Notes: generated by a model not told the origin, from the letters alone. A stretch of DNA of 64,000 nucleotides from Alphaproteobacteria bacterium (GCA_965216395.1 OZ244156.1:1096765-1160764), one strand, 5' to 3'. Shown: positions 7,319 through 16,308, numbered from the stretch's first letter. A program made the numbers and translations.

Positions 7319-9676
7319 TTACGCTGACTTTACTTCTGGCTCCTGTAAAGAAGCACTATCATTAATGGTTTCAGAGTCCTCACCCATCATTTTTTTATAA
7401 TGTTCATGAAATTCAGTTTGTTTAAATACACTTTCAAAATATCCTATGAACTTTTCAACATCAACTTCTTTCAAATCCGTATAATTGACTGCATCAGAAT
7501 ATGATTCTTTATTTACGTACCTTTCAAAAATTGAAAAAACAACATCATCCTCTGTGTCTCTTAATTTTTCAAACGCCTTTGATAACTTATTTTGACAATG
7601 AATAAAGTTAAAATAATGCTCTAGAATATTTCTCATTGCATTCGGTAAAATAACTGGTGATGCTTTATTGTTTTTAACATCTTTAATTACTTGCCAATAG
7701 GATTCATAATTATTTTGAATTTGTGATCTATTTATTTTTTCAATTATAGACCGTTTTCCCTTTATAACTCTATAAGTAGCACATTTTTTACCTAACTCAT
7801 TTCCTGTATTTCTTTCTATTTGAGCAAACATTTCATGTAAAAAATATAAATGATGTGTAAGTACTATAACCTGCCCATAAACTTTATCTTTAGAAAAAAA
7901 GATTTTTTTAATTAGGCAAGAAATATCAAAAACATGGTTAAATGAAAGACTAGATATTGGGTCATCTATTACAATAACACGATCTTCAATTGAAACTTTT
8001 GTATCAGCATCTGTTACCCCCATACAACTCTGAACAAAATACAAAAAAGAGATAAGTGTTTTTTCTCCTTCACTAAGTGAATGAAAAACGTTTTTCCCTG
8101 TATCCGTACGAGTTAATCGATAAAAAGTAATACTATCAATCACCTCTTTTTCAAAAGAAAACCCACTAAGGCCTATTAATTTAAGAGTTTTATCAATCCA
8201 TATTACAGCTTCATCTACATTTTTAGTTTCATTTTGAAACTTTTGAATTATTGCATCTTCACTTTTTAAAACTTCTTCTAATTCTTTGATTTTAAAAATT
8301 AAAGGTTTTTGATCAAAAGTATTTTTTTCTTTAGCAGTGTTGAAATCAGTAATTGTTTTATCAGCTAATTTTCTTATTAAGCACCAAAATTCATTTTTAA
8401 TTTCATCTTTAAATAATTTACTATCTTTGAGTTTATTATTGAAAGCTATATGTTCAGCATTTATAGCTGCAATAGTATTATTAATAAAAGTTATTTTATT
8501 TTCTGTTGAAATTAATTCAACAATAGTATTTGGGGCAGATATTTTTGAATTAATCTTTCTATTATTACTCTCAAGAATAATCCTTAAATTCTTACATTCT
8601 TCTTTTAAATTTTTATTAGACATTAAAATGTCAGAACTATCATAAGAATCTAGTATTACTAGCAAGTCTTCAGCTTTTAAATTGTATGATTTTTCTAAGC
8701 TTTTTAATTGCTCGATTTTAAATTGATATTGAGTATCAATATGAGATTTTATTTTGTCTTTTAAATCAATACTTAAATCCCTATAACAAAAAGGGCAGTC
8801 ATCCGTTTTATCAAGATATTTATCTATCCCTTCATTAAGCCAATTCTCATGCTCTAATTGATCTATTAAACCAGACAAATAGCCATCTTTAGAACTAGCA
8901 ATAATTTCTTTGAAGAGGATATTATTCTCAAATTCAGAAAAGCCTGTTTCTAGTAAAGAGAAAATTTCCTTCTCAGTTGAAGAACCATCAGAAAGTTCTG
9001 CATACTCAACAGCTATACTGTTAATTTTATCTGGTATTTTTTCTATTTCTAATTCATGTATATTAGAGCTAACCACCTTGTCTTTAAATTTTTTTGCAGG
9101 CACGAGGTAACCCGTCATACATTCTTTTAAAGATTGTGTAGTTTCATACATTTTTTTGAATTTATATACTTCATCTATAAGTTTTTTTTCTAATAATTTT
9201 TGTTCTTGACCTAGTGCTAGTAATTTTTCATCAAGTGGTTTTTTTTCTGCTGTGACAACTTCTTTTCGTTGATTGGCTTCTGAAATAGCTTCTATAGCTT
9301 TTTTATTGGTTTCATCCAGAGTAAAAATACCTTTTTGTTTATCTTCAGTATAAAAAGTGTCCTTCACGTAATCTTCATTATAAACCAAAGATTCAAGCGG
9401 TTTTTTAGGGGATGACAAAGTAACATTACAATCTTCATAACCCTCACGGTTTTGATCAGCCAACAGCCTAGAAATTGTTGTTTTCCCAGAACCATTAAGA
9501 CCATAAATAAAATTATATTTTTTAAGTGCTAACGATTCAGGCTCAGTAAAGCTTGTTACTTTTGAAATTGTTATGCTTTTTACTGGGTGTGAAGACGGAA
9601 CAACACTTTGAACCTTAGACTTAATACTTTTTATGACACCCGACATTTCAACCTCTATTATATTATCGTTATACAA
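7319..9676 (-). CDS. RloC/PrrC-family AAA_13 ATPase, putative tRNA anticodon nuclease with a coiled-coil/zinc-hook insert
   Basis: 785 aa. Walker A YGLNGSGKTT. A long Lys/Glu-rich coiled-coil insert carries CPFC (DDCPFCYRDL) near its middle. Walker B VIVIDDPISSLSFNH. The C-terminal LPNAMRNILEHYFNFIH resembles the PrrC/RloC nuclease-domain R..E..H region. It lies immediately upstream of an R-M gene, as prrC and rloC do. Confidence 0.75.
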   Translation of the reverse strand: MYNDNIIEVEMSGVIKSIKSKVQSVVPSSHPVKSITISKVTSFTEPESLALKKYNFIYGLNGSGKTTISRLLADQNREGYEDCNVTLSSPKKPLESLVYNEDYVKDTFYTEDKQKGIFTLDETNKKAIEAISEANQRKEVVTAEKKPLDEKLLALGQEQKLLEKKLIDEVYKFKKMYETTQSLKECMTGYLVPAKKFKDKVVSSNIHELEIEKIPDKINSIAVEYAELSDGSSTEKEIFSLLETGFSEFENNILFKEIIASSKDGYLSGLIDQLEHENWLNEGIDKYLDKTDDCPFCYRDLSIDLKDKIKSHIDTQYQFKIEQLKSLEKSYNLKAEDLLVILDSYDSSDILMSNKNLKEECKNLRIILESNNRKINSKISAPNTIVELISTENKITFINNTIAAINAEHIAFNNKLKDSKLFKDEIKNEFWCLIRKLADKTITDFNTAKEKNTFDQKPLIFKIKELEEVLKSEDAIIQKFQNETKNVDEAVIWIDKTLKLIGLSGFSFEKEVIDSITFYRLTRTDTGKNVFHSLSEGEKTLISFLYFVQSCMGVTDADTKVSIEDRVIVIDDPISSLSFNHVFDISCLIKKIFFSKDKVYGQVIVLTHHLYFLHEMFAQIERNTGNELGKKCATYRVIKGKRSIIEKINRSQIQNNYESYWQVIKDVKNNKASPVILPNAMRNILEHYFNFIHCQNKLSKAFEKLRDTEDDVVFSIFERYVNKESYSDAVNYTDLKEVDVEKFIGYFESVFKQTEFHEHYKKMMGEDSETINDSASLQEPEVKSA

Positions 9677-9806
9677 TAATATTGCTCTTATAAAAAATCA
9701 AACCATATAAAAAGTAGTTTCTGAGCCTAAACTCTTCAATTTTATAAAATATGCATTATTAATCATAAAAGTTTTAAATATTCTTTCCGCTTGCTATCCC
9801 TGCTAA

Positions 9807-9996
9807 CCCAAGCTAACGTTTGGGTGTGAATGCATTCGTGCATTCGCCGGGGCTTTAGAACCCTGCTTTAAGCGGCTGACATCAGCCGCAATGATGTCGT
9901 CTTTCGGTCTTATGACCGGGAGGCGACGGTGTATGTCCAAGCCTTGCGGTTAAAGATCGTCGCGGTTGTCTTAAAGCAACTTCTAAACTCCCGGTC
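9807..9996 (+). ncRNA. Candidate structured RNA or cis-regulatory leader upstream of the GIY-YIG gene
   Basis: GC-rich patch in an AT-rich spacer: I count 33/60 G+C in 9841-9900 versus 12/60 in 9721-9780. Hairpins: CCCAA/TTGGG (9807-9824), GAATGC/GCATTC (9828-9845), GCGGCTG-ACAT-CAGCCGC (9872-9889). Long-range helix GACCGGGAG (9914-9922) with CTCCCGGTC (9988-9996), stacked on GCGACG (9923-9928) with CGTCGC (9958-9963). Confidence 0.35.
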
Positions 9997-10024
9997 ACCA
10001 GGCAAAATGCCTTGGTGACCTTTT
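9993..10024 (+). terminator. Rho-independent terminator or attenuator hairpin directly before the GIY-YIG start codon
   Basis: GGTCACCAGGC-AAAAT-GCCTTGGTGACC (one bulged T) followed by TTTT. Its 5' arm shares GGTC (9993-9996) with the 3' arm of the long-range helix, so the two structures partly exclude each other. SD GAAAGG and the ATG at 10041 follow. Confidence 0.6.
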
Positions 10025-10040
10025 AGTTTGAAAGGCAACC

Positions 10041-10859
10041 ATGATTACACTGGAACAAATTTTAAATTCACAAAGCACAATACTTGAAGATGCTAAAGTC
10101 AAAGTCGTTCGCCATAAAGATAGTCGAACCGAATACCGCGATATTTTAAAAGACCGTGAACAACTGCTTGAATATCAAATGGGGCAGAAAAACCATGTTT
10201 TTAAAGATTGCGATTACATTATTTCTTTTATTGGACTAGAGCGAAAACGATCTCTTTTCATTGGTGTGTTTAAAGTTGGTGATTATAACAAAGCACCAGA
10301 CAATCACCGTTATAATCATTTATATGACTTAACCCCTGTCCCTGAATTTAAACATCTTGAAGATCGGCTTATTATCGATTGGGGCAACAATGCTATTTCT
10401 TGGCATCAGTGGTATGACAAACAACCCAAAGGGGTGATTGAAATTCTGCCCCAAGGATATATTGGCAACTTCCCTGGCCTGCTCAACTTCACCCTTGAAT
10501 TTGATGAACTTAAAAAACTAACCAATAACCCTGATGCTAATTTTGATTGGAAGAACCACCTATCATCGGTCAATGGTGTTTATATGATTTTAGATACTTT
10601 GACAGGACAACAATATATTGGATCAGCTAATGGTAAAAATGGGATTTGGCAAAGATGGTGTGAGTATGCAATTAACTATACAGGTGGTAATAAAGAGCTT
10701 ATCCAATTAATCAAACAAGACGCAAACCATCACAAGAATTTCAGGTTTTCGATTTTACAAACTTTGCCTAGCAACATCACTCAAAAAGAAATTGTTGCCA
10801 TCGAAAATCTTTACAAACAAAAATTAGGCTCAAAAGCGCATGGCTTGAATAACAATTAA
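10041..10859 (+). CDS. GIY-YIG nuclease-domain protein with an uncharacterised N-terminal domain
   Basis: The C-terminal ~90 aa read VNGVYMILDTLTGQQYIGSANGKNGIWQRW...ENLYKQKLG (GIY...YIG...R...E/N pattern). The N-terminal ~180 aa are unassigned. Confidence 0.75.
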   Translation: MITLEQILNSQSTILEDAKVKVVRHKDSRTEYRDILKDREQLLEYQMGQKNHVFKDCDYIISFIGLERKRSLFIGVFKVGDYNKAPDNHRYNHLYDLTPVPEFKHLEDRLIIDWGNNAISWHQWYDKQPKGVIEILPQGYIGNFPGLLNFTLEFDELKKLTNNPDANFDWKNHLSSVNGVYMILDTLTGQQYIGSANGKNGIWQRWCEYAINYTGGNKELIQLIKQDANHHKNFRFSILQTLPSNITQKEIVAIENLYKQKLGSKAHGLNNN

Positions 10860-10943
10860 CGTAAAAGACAACTAAAATACTGATTTCAAAATAATACCAT
10901 TCATTTTTTGATTGACATATCTTAATTATCTGGTATTTCTAAA

Positions 10944-11113
10944 AGTGCCTTGCAGAGTAGCACTTAGGAACCGGTGACAGTCCGGCGCTTGGCCGGTGAA
11001 AGCTTTAAGCGTGGTAGCTTCGTAAACTAACGTCATGTGCACTTCCTTGTGAGTGTCAGCCCGAATAGTCCCGACATTTAAACATTGAAACTTTAATCAA
11101 TGCTAGATGTCGG
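10944..11113 (+). ncRNA. Second GC-rich structured segment, upstream of the ParB-methyltransferase gene
   Basis: Hairpins AGTGC/GCACT (10944-10964), CCGGC/GCCGG (10982-10996), AAGCT/AGCTT (11000-11020), CCGACAT/ATGTCGG (11071-11113). It shares the 10-mer GCTTTAAGCG (11002-11011) with the first segment (9865-9874). A possible TTGACA -35 box lies just upstream, at about 10911. Confidence 0.25.
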
Positions 11114-11178
11114 CACGTTCAAAATCAAAAACTATGAATGTCATTGATATCTAGCATACAAGCTAGAAGGCATTCACG

Positions 11179-12501
11179 ATGACTAAACCAAATAAACAAC
11201 ATGACCCACAAATTACATGGGTCGATGCTGGCACCCTCACCCCTTATATTAACAACGCTAAAAAACACCCTGAAAAACAAATACACCAGATTGCCGAGAG
11301 CATAAAACAGTTTGGCTTTATCAATCCAATATTGGTTGATGACAAAAATATTGTCATTGCAGGTCATGGTCGACTTGAAGCAGCTAAACTGATTGGTATG
11401 GCGGAAGTGCCTGTTATTTTGATCAGCCATTTAAGTGAAGAAGAAGCACGCGCCTATCGCTTGGCTGATAATCAGCTGACCATGAATACGGGATATGATG
11501 ACGGGTTATTAAAAATTGAGCTTACTGAACTCAACGCGCTTGATTTGGACTTTGAATTAGAAATCACCGGATTTGAAACCGCAACACTTGACCTGATCAT
11601 TGATCAATCCAATATGGCCGACAATGATGAGGCTGATGAGCTACCCGATATTGATGACAACACTGTGCCTGTTACTCAGCTTGGTGATATCTGGCAGCTC
11701 GGTGATCATCGTCTTATTTGCGGTGATGCAACACAAGCAGAGACCTATCAAAAACTGATGGGCGATGATGACAAGGCGCAAGCGATTTTCACAGACCCAC
11801 CATATAATGTACCCGTTGATGGTCATGTTTGCGGTGCTGGTAAAATCAAGCATCGTGAGTTTGCCATGGCATCAGGCGAAATGACCCGCGATGAGTTTCT
11901 CACCTTCCTTTCATCTTTCATCAAGATGTCGATTGAGCACAGCGTCGACGGATCACTCCATTATATTTGTATGGACTGGCGCCATATTCGGGATCTGATT
12001 GAAAGCAGTGACGGCCTGTACAGCGATCTCAAGAACATCTGCGTCTGGAATAAAGACAATGGTGGTATGGGGTCGCTCTATCGATCAAAGCATGAGTTCG
12101 TCGCCGTCTTTAAAAACGGCACAGCGCCCCACACCAACAATATCAAACTTGGCAAGCACGGACGCTATCGTACAAATGTTTGGGATTACAAAGGTGTGAA
12201 CAGTTTTGGCTCAAACCAAGCTGATCTAAAAATGCACCCAACCGTCAAACCAGTCGCAATGGTCAGTGATGCCATTAAGGATTGTACCAAACGTGAACAA
12301 AGCGTCCTTGACCCCTTCTCCGGTTCAGGAACAACACTGATGGCCTGTGAAAAATCGGGTCGGCATGCGCGCTGCATTGAGCTGGATCCAATCTATTGCG
12401 ATGTCATCATCAAGCGTTGGCAGGATTTAACCGGCCTGGATGCTGTTCACAGTGTCACTGGCAAAACATTTACTGAAATTAAGGAAGACGACCATGAGTA
12501 A
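11179..12501 (+). CDS. ParB-like nuclease domain fused to an N6/N4 DNA methyltransferase
   Basis: The N-terminus (NPILVDDKNIVIAGHGRLEAAKLIG) is ParB/Srx-like. The centre has IFTDPPYNV (motif IV). The C-terminus has VLDPFSGSGTTLMACE (motif I). This is beta-class permuted order, typical of phage/GTA ParB-methyltransferase fusions. Confidence 0.85.
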   Translation: MTKPNKQHDPQITWVDAGTLTPYINNAKKHPEKQIHQIAESIKQFGFINPILVDDKNIVIAGHGRLEAAKLIGMAEVPVILISHLSEEEARAYRLADNQLTMNTGYDDGLLKIELTELNALDLDFELEITGFETATLDLIIDQSNMADNDEADELPDIDDNTVPVTQLGDIWQLGDHRLICGDATQAETYQKLMGDDDKAQAIFTDPPYNVPVDGHVCGAGKIKHREFAMASGEMTRDEFLTFLSSFIKMSIEHSVDGSLHYICMDWRHIRDLIESSDGLYSDLKNICVWNKDNGGMGSLYRSKHEFVAVFKNGTAPHTNNIKLGKHGRYRTNVWDYKGVNSFGSNQADLKMHPTVKPVAMVSDAIKDCTKREQSVLDPFSGSGTTLMACEKSGRHARCIELDPIYCDVIIKRWQDLTGLDAVHSVTGKTFTEIKEDDHE

Positions 12502-12883
12502 TAATGACAATAACGACGATTATGACGTTGGCTACGGTAAGCCACCCAAAAACACGCGCTTTGGTGCAAAGGATGGCAATCCAAGAAATCAAAAAGGACG
12601 ACCAAAAATACCAAACACTTTGGAAGAAGAAGCTCAGGCTGTTTTTAAAGCAAAAATAGGCATCACTCTTAATGGCAGGAAGACCAAAATTTCAAGGCGT
12701 CAGGCACTCATGGAAGTAATTGTTAATGGCGCCATTAACGGTGATGCACGCATGATGCGCCTAGCCATCCCGTTGTCCAAACTCGCTGACAACGCTCCTG
12801 AGATGGAAGTCCTCCCTGAAGATGAGATGGCACTCAAACGCTTATTAGAAAACATGAGCGATAATGGTGATGGTCATGAATAA
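12494..12883 (+). CDS. DUF5681-type small basic protein (terminase small-subunit-like)
   Basis: The ATG at 12494 overlaps the upstream stop (ATGAGTAA). VGYGKPPKNTRFGAKDGNPRNQKGRPK is the hallmark N-terminus of DUF5681 proteins, which sit upstream of terL in alphaproteobacterial phage-like elements. Confidence 0.55.
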   Translation: MSNNDNNDDYDVGYGKPPKNTRFGAKDGNPRNQKGRPKIPNTLEEEAQAVFKAKIGITLNGRKTKISRRQALMEVIVNGAINGDARMMRLAIPLSKLADNAPEMEVLPEDEMALKRLLENMSDNGDGHE

Positions 12884-14000
12884 TATTACAAACATTATCG
12901 ATATGTACCGCTATGATTTTCGAAGTTATATTGGTTTTTCTTATCGTACGCTACACCCCTATGAGCATCTTCAAGATAATTGGCACATTGATCTCTTAGC
13001 CGGTCATATCGAAGCGCTTGTTAAAAATGGAGAAAAACGACTTATTATTAATCTACCGCCACGCACACTCAAATCACATTGTGTGAGCGTGGCATTGACC
13101 ACATGGCTCTTGGGGCGTGATCCATCAACAAAAATTCTCTGTCTTCATGGCAGTGATGTTTTAGGACGCGATCTGCATGATGCTTCCAGACAACTTATGA
13201 TGCATCCAAGATACCGCGCCCTGTTTCCAGGAACAGTCATTCATGATAACAATAGAAAGATTCAAACGACATTTGGTGGTAAACGATTATTTTTACCCTT
13301 CATGAAAAATCTAACGGGGCTTGGCGCTGATTATATCATCATTGATGATCCCATCAGTGCAACAGATGCTCAAAATGATTCAATGCGCGATGCTGTTAAC
13401 AGACAGTTTGACCGTAATATTATTCAGCGCCTGAATCATAAATCATCTGGTATTATTATCGTTGTGATGCAACGCCTACATGAGCATGATCTGACAGGGC
13501 ACTTGCTGAGTAAGAAAATAGGCTTTCACCATCTCAATATTCCAGCTATTGCCATGGAAGACACAATTTGGAAATTGCCTCATAACAAAACCTATCAATG
13601 GCGTAAGGGTGAAGCGCTTCATAAAACACGCGAACCGCGCGAAGAACTTATCAAGACGCTACACTTAATTGGTGGATATGCTTTTGCTCATCAATATTTA
13701 CAAGGGTTATATAAGCCACATTTTGGCGAAAATGAGAAAGGTGCAATCTGGTTAAGCCCAGCGCGTGAGGGAGAATTTTATGATTTTCGAACCAATACCA
13801 ATCCACATGGATTTTATCATATTAGTGAAGAACATCTGATCACAGCAAAAGTGTTTGGTATTGGCGAAGACCCCTATCCTGATAATATGCGCTATAAACT
13901 AACCTTGGAAGAAGTTCTCGAACAAGCTAGGCTTCATCGTGAAAAACACCTTGAAGAAGAACGATTACGAATTGAGGCAGAAAACAAAGAATCTGGTTAA
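12864..14000 (+). CDS. Terminase large-subunit-like ATPase that appears to lack the C-terminal nuclease domain
   Basis: Walker A-like LPPRTLKS and Walker B DYIIIDDP, then VVMQRLHEHDLTGHLL and AHQYLQG, as in TerL ATPase domains. It is only 378 aa and ends in a charged coiled-coil tail (EEERLRIEAENKESG), not an RNase H-like nuclease fold. Confidence 0.65.
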   Translation: MVMVMNNITNIIDMYRYDFRSYIGFSYRTLHPYEHLQDNWHIDLLAGHIEALVKNGEKRLIINLPPRTLKSHCVSVALTTWLLGRDPSTKILCLHGSDVLGRDLHDASRQLMMHPRYRALFPGTVIHDNNRKIQTTFGGKRLFLPFMKNLTGLGADYIIIDDPISATDAQNDSMRDAVNRQFDRNIIQRLNHKSSGIIIVVMQRLHEHDLTGHLLSKKIGFHHLNIPAIAMEDTIWKLPHNKTYQWRKGEALHKTREPREELIKTLHLIGGYAFAHQYLQGLYKPHFGENEKGAIWLSPAREGEFYDFRTNTNPHGFYHISEEHLITAKVFGIGEDPYPDNMRYKLTLEEVLEQARLHREKHLEEERLRIEAENKESG

Positions 14001-14005
14001 ATTGA

Positions 14006-14563
14006 TTGGACTTCCCCCTCAAGGTAAGCGTTACTGTTGGTGTTGCAACAACGAGAGACACTATCATGCCAAGACAATATTTGAACATTTCAACAGCCCC
14101 CCTATATAAAGTCAGCGATATCCCCGTCGATAAGGCGCTCAAACAGATTAAGAAGCTTCAAGGTCAACCACTGCGCCAAACTTATATTAAGATCTGCGGC
14201 CAAGACGGTGTTCTTCGGGTCAAGAATAATAAAGATTTACTACAAAGGCGCCTCTATCAAAATGTTCAAAAACGCCATTTGGGCGGCTTATCAACTAAAC
14301 ATTACAATACACTCTATCGCCTTGTGAGAGACACCTCTCCTGACCGGAAACCCTCTGTTAAAAATAAGTATAACCTATCAGAAGGGTCTGTTTTAAAACG
14401 CACATGGCAAGAACGTGAACATCAGGTTCGCGTTACTGATAAGGGCTTTAATTATCAGGGGCAAACCTACGTTTCACTTAGTCGCATTGCTAAAATCATT
14501 ACAGGTCATGAGCGCTCTGGCCCGGCTTTTTTTGGGCTTAAACAACGCGAGCAAGCATCATGA
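14006..14563 (+). CDS. DUF2924-domain protein (recombinase-associated)
   Basis: The C-terminal GSVLKRTWQEREHQVRVTDKGFNYQGQTYVSLSRIAKIITGHERSGPAFFGL fits the DUF2924 pattern. It overlaps the serine recombinase start by 4 nt. The true start may be the ATG at 14066. Confidence 0.6.
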   Translation: MDFPLKVSVTVGVATTRDTIMPRQYLNISTAPLYKVSDIPVDKALKQIKKLQGQPLRQTYIKICGQDGVLRVKNNKDLLQRRLYQNVQKRHLGGLSTKHYNTLYRLVRDTSPDRKPSVKNKYNLSEGSVLKRTWQEREHQVRVTDKGFNYQGQTYVSLSRIAKIITGHERSGPAFFGLKQREQAS

Positions 14564-16269
14564 CGGCAGAAAACAAAAAATTACGCTGCGCGGTCTACAC
14601 CCGCAAATCAAGCGAAGAAGGTTTAGATCAGGAATTCAATTCACTTGATGCACAGCGCATTGCTGGGGAAGCATATATCCAAAGCCAACAGCATGAAGGC
14701 TGGACGCTTGTTAAAACCGCATATGACGATGGTGGATATAGCGGCGGCAATATCGAACGACCCGGATTAAAAAAGCTTATCTCTGATATTAAACAGCGCA
14801 AGGTTGATGTTGTGGTGGTTTACAAAATTGATCGCCTCACCCGTTCCCTGATGGATTTTTCGAGAATTGTTGAAATCTTTGACGCATACAATGTCAGCTT
14901 TGTTAGCGTCACGCAAAGTTTTAACACCACGACCTCTATGGGACGACTAACACTCAACGTCCTGCTCTCCTTTGCCCAGTTTGAACGTGAAGTCACCGGT
15001 GAGCGTATTCGCGATAAAATCAAAGCGAGCAAGCAAAAAGGAATTTGGATGGGCGGTCGCCCTCCCTTTGGTTACGATGTTGTCAATCGCAAGCTCATTA
15101 TTAATGAAAAAGAAGCCGAACAAATACATTATATATATGAGCAATATTTAAAGAAAAACTCCTGTCATAAAATATTAGTTGATCTGAACACGAAAGGCAT
15201 CACTCAAAAATCTTGGGTCACGCAAAAAGGCAAAGCCATCACTGGCAAGCCGTTTACAACCACTACCATCTACAATCTTCTTAAAAATCCGATTTATCTG
15301 GGTAAACTCAAATATAAAGACAATATATATGATGGTGAGCATAACCCCATTATTGATCAAGATATCTGGGACAAGGTTCAGAGTAAATTGAAAAGCAGGG
15401 CTGCTAATAAGAATGGGCGCAAAAATAAAGTAGCGCCTTTTTTATTAAAAGGAAAAATCTTTGATGACGCGGGGCGCAAATATTCAACCACATACACGTC
15501 TAAAACACGAAATGGTATTAGGAAATACACACGCTACTATGTCATGCTCAAAGAAGCCAAAAAAGGCTATGTCATCAACACTCCACGCTATATTAATGCT
15601 GATGAAATCAAAGAGATTACTCACTCTCTTTTGACAGCTTGTTTAAAAGATGAACTAAGACTTCAAAAACAATGGCACGGCGTTAGTCCTAAACAGCGCG
15701 ATCAACTCTTGAAGAAAGCTATTGTCAGAGTAATGATCAGCAAGGACCAGATCAGAGCTGAGTTTGATAAAGTACAGGTCAAGCGTATTATCAATAAATA
15801 CAAAAAACAGGATATTGCTTTTATTGAGAATGCCAGAGCTAGAAAAAGAACAGTATCAAACATTGATGTTATTGATACTGAGACAAATATGTCTTGTGTT
15901 CTCAACTATGCTTACAAATCCTATAAAGGAAAAAAGATCATTACTGACACATTAGGGCGTGATATTACTGCTCATAAAACAAACAAGAACTCTGATCTGA
16001 TCAGCGCGCTTGTCACCGCCCATCAATGTCATGAACATCTCAAGAAAGGCTCAATAACAAGCATCAAAAAGCTCTCAGAAAAAATGAAACGAGACCCCTC
16101 TTACATTAGTAAAATCATCAAGCTGTATTCTCTATCGCCTAAGATCAAGGCAACCATTCTCGATGGCAATCAGCCTCGCACCACAACTGTGCAATCTCTG
16201 ATTAAAATCAGTCGGCACATTGATTGGAAAAAGCAGGAGGGCTTATTTGGGTTGATATCAAAAGCATAA
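14560..16269 (+). CDS. Large serine recombinase (resolvase/invertase N-domain, recombinase domain and Zn-ribbon/coiled-coil)
   Basis: LRCAVYTRKSSEEGLDQEFNSLDAQR (catalytic Ser region), VVVVYKIDRLTRS, FAQFEREVTGERIRD; 569 aa. Confidence 0.9.
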   Translation: MTAENKKLRCAVYTRKSSEEGLDQEFNSLDAQRIAGEAYIQSQQHEGWTLVKTAYDDGGYSGGNIERPGLKKLISDIKQRKVDVVVVYKIDRLTRSLMDFSRIVEIFDAYNVSFVSVTQSFNTTTSMGRLTLNVLLSFAQFEREVTGERIRDKIKASKQKGIWMGGRPPFGYDVVNRKLIINEKEAEQIHYIYEQYLKKNSCHKILVDLNTKGITQKSWVTQKGKAITGKPFTTTTIYNLLKNPIYLGKLKYKDNIYDGEHNPIIDQDIWDKVQSKLKSRAANKNGRKNKVAPFLLKGKIFDDAGRKYSTTYTSKTRNGIRKYTRYYVMLKEAKKGYVINTPRYINADEIKEITHSLLTACLKDELRLQKQWHGVSPKQRDQLLKKAIVRVMISKDQIRAEFDKVQVKRIINKYKKQDIAFIENARARKRTVSNIDVIDTETNMSCVLNYAYKSYKGKKIITDTLGRDITAHKTNKNSDLISALVTAHQCHEHLKKGSITSIKKLSEKMKRDPSYISKIIKLYSLSPKIKATILDGNQPRTTTVQSLIKISRHIDWKKQEGLFGLISKA

Positions 16270-16308
16270 CAAGCTAATGATATTAGAAGCTATTGTTAGG
16301 AGTTCCAC

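Noticed and set aside
9785-10030. Possibility that the GC-rich structured segment is a two-piece alphaproteobacterial tmRNA, RNase P RNA, 6S RNA or SRP RNA
   Set aside because: I found no tag-like reading frame ending in ...AA-stop, no T-arm/acceptor/CCA, and no RNase P CR-I/CR-V or SRP domain IV consensus. The size and fold do not fit 6S. It therefore remains an unclassified candidate.
11125-11430. 101-aa minus-strand ORF overlapping the ParB-methyltransferase start
   Set aside because: It is antisense to a well-supported gene and has no recognisable domain or ribosome-binding site.
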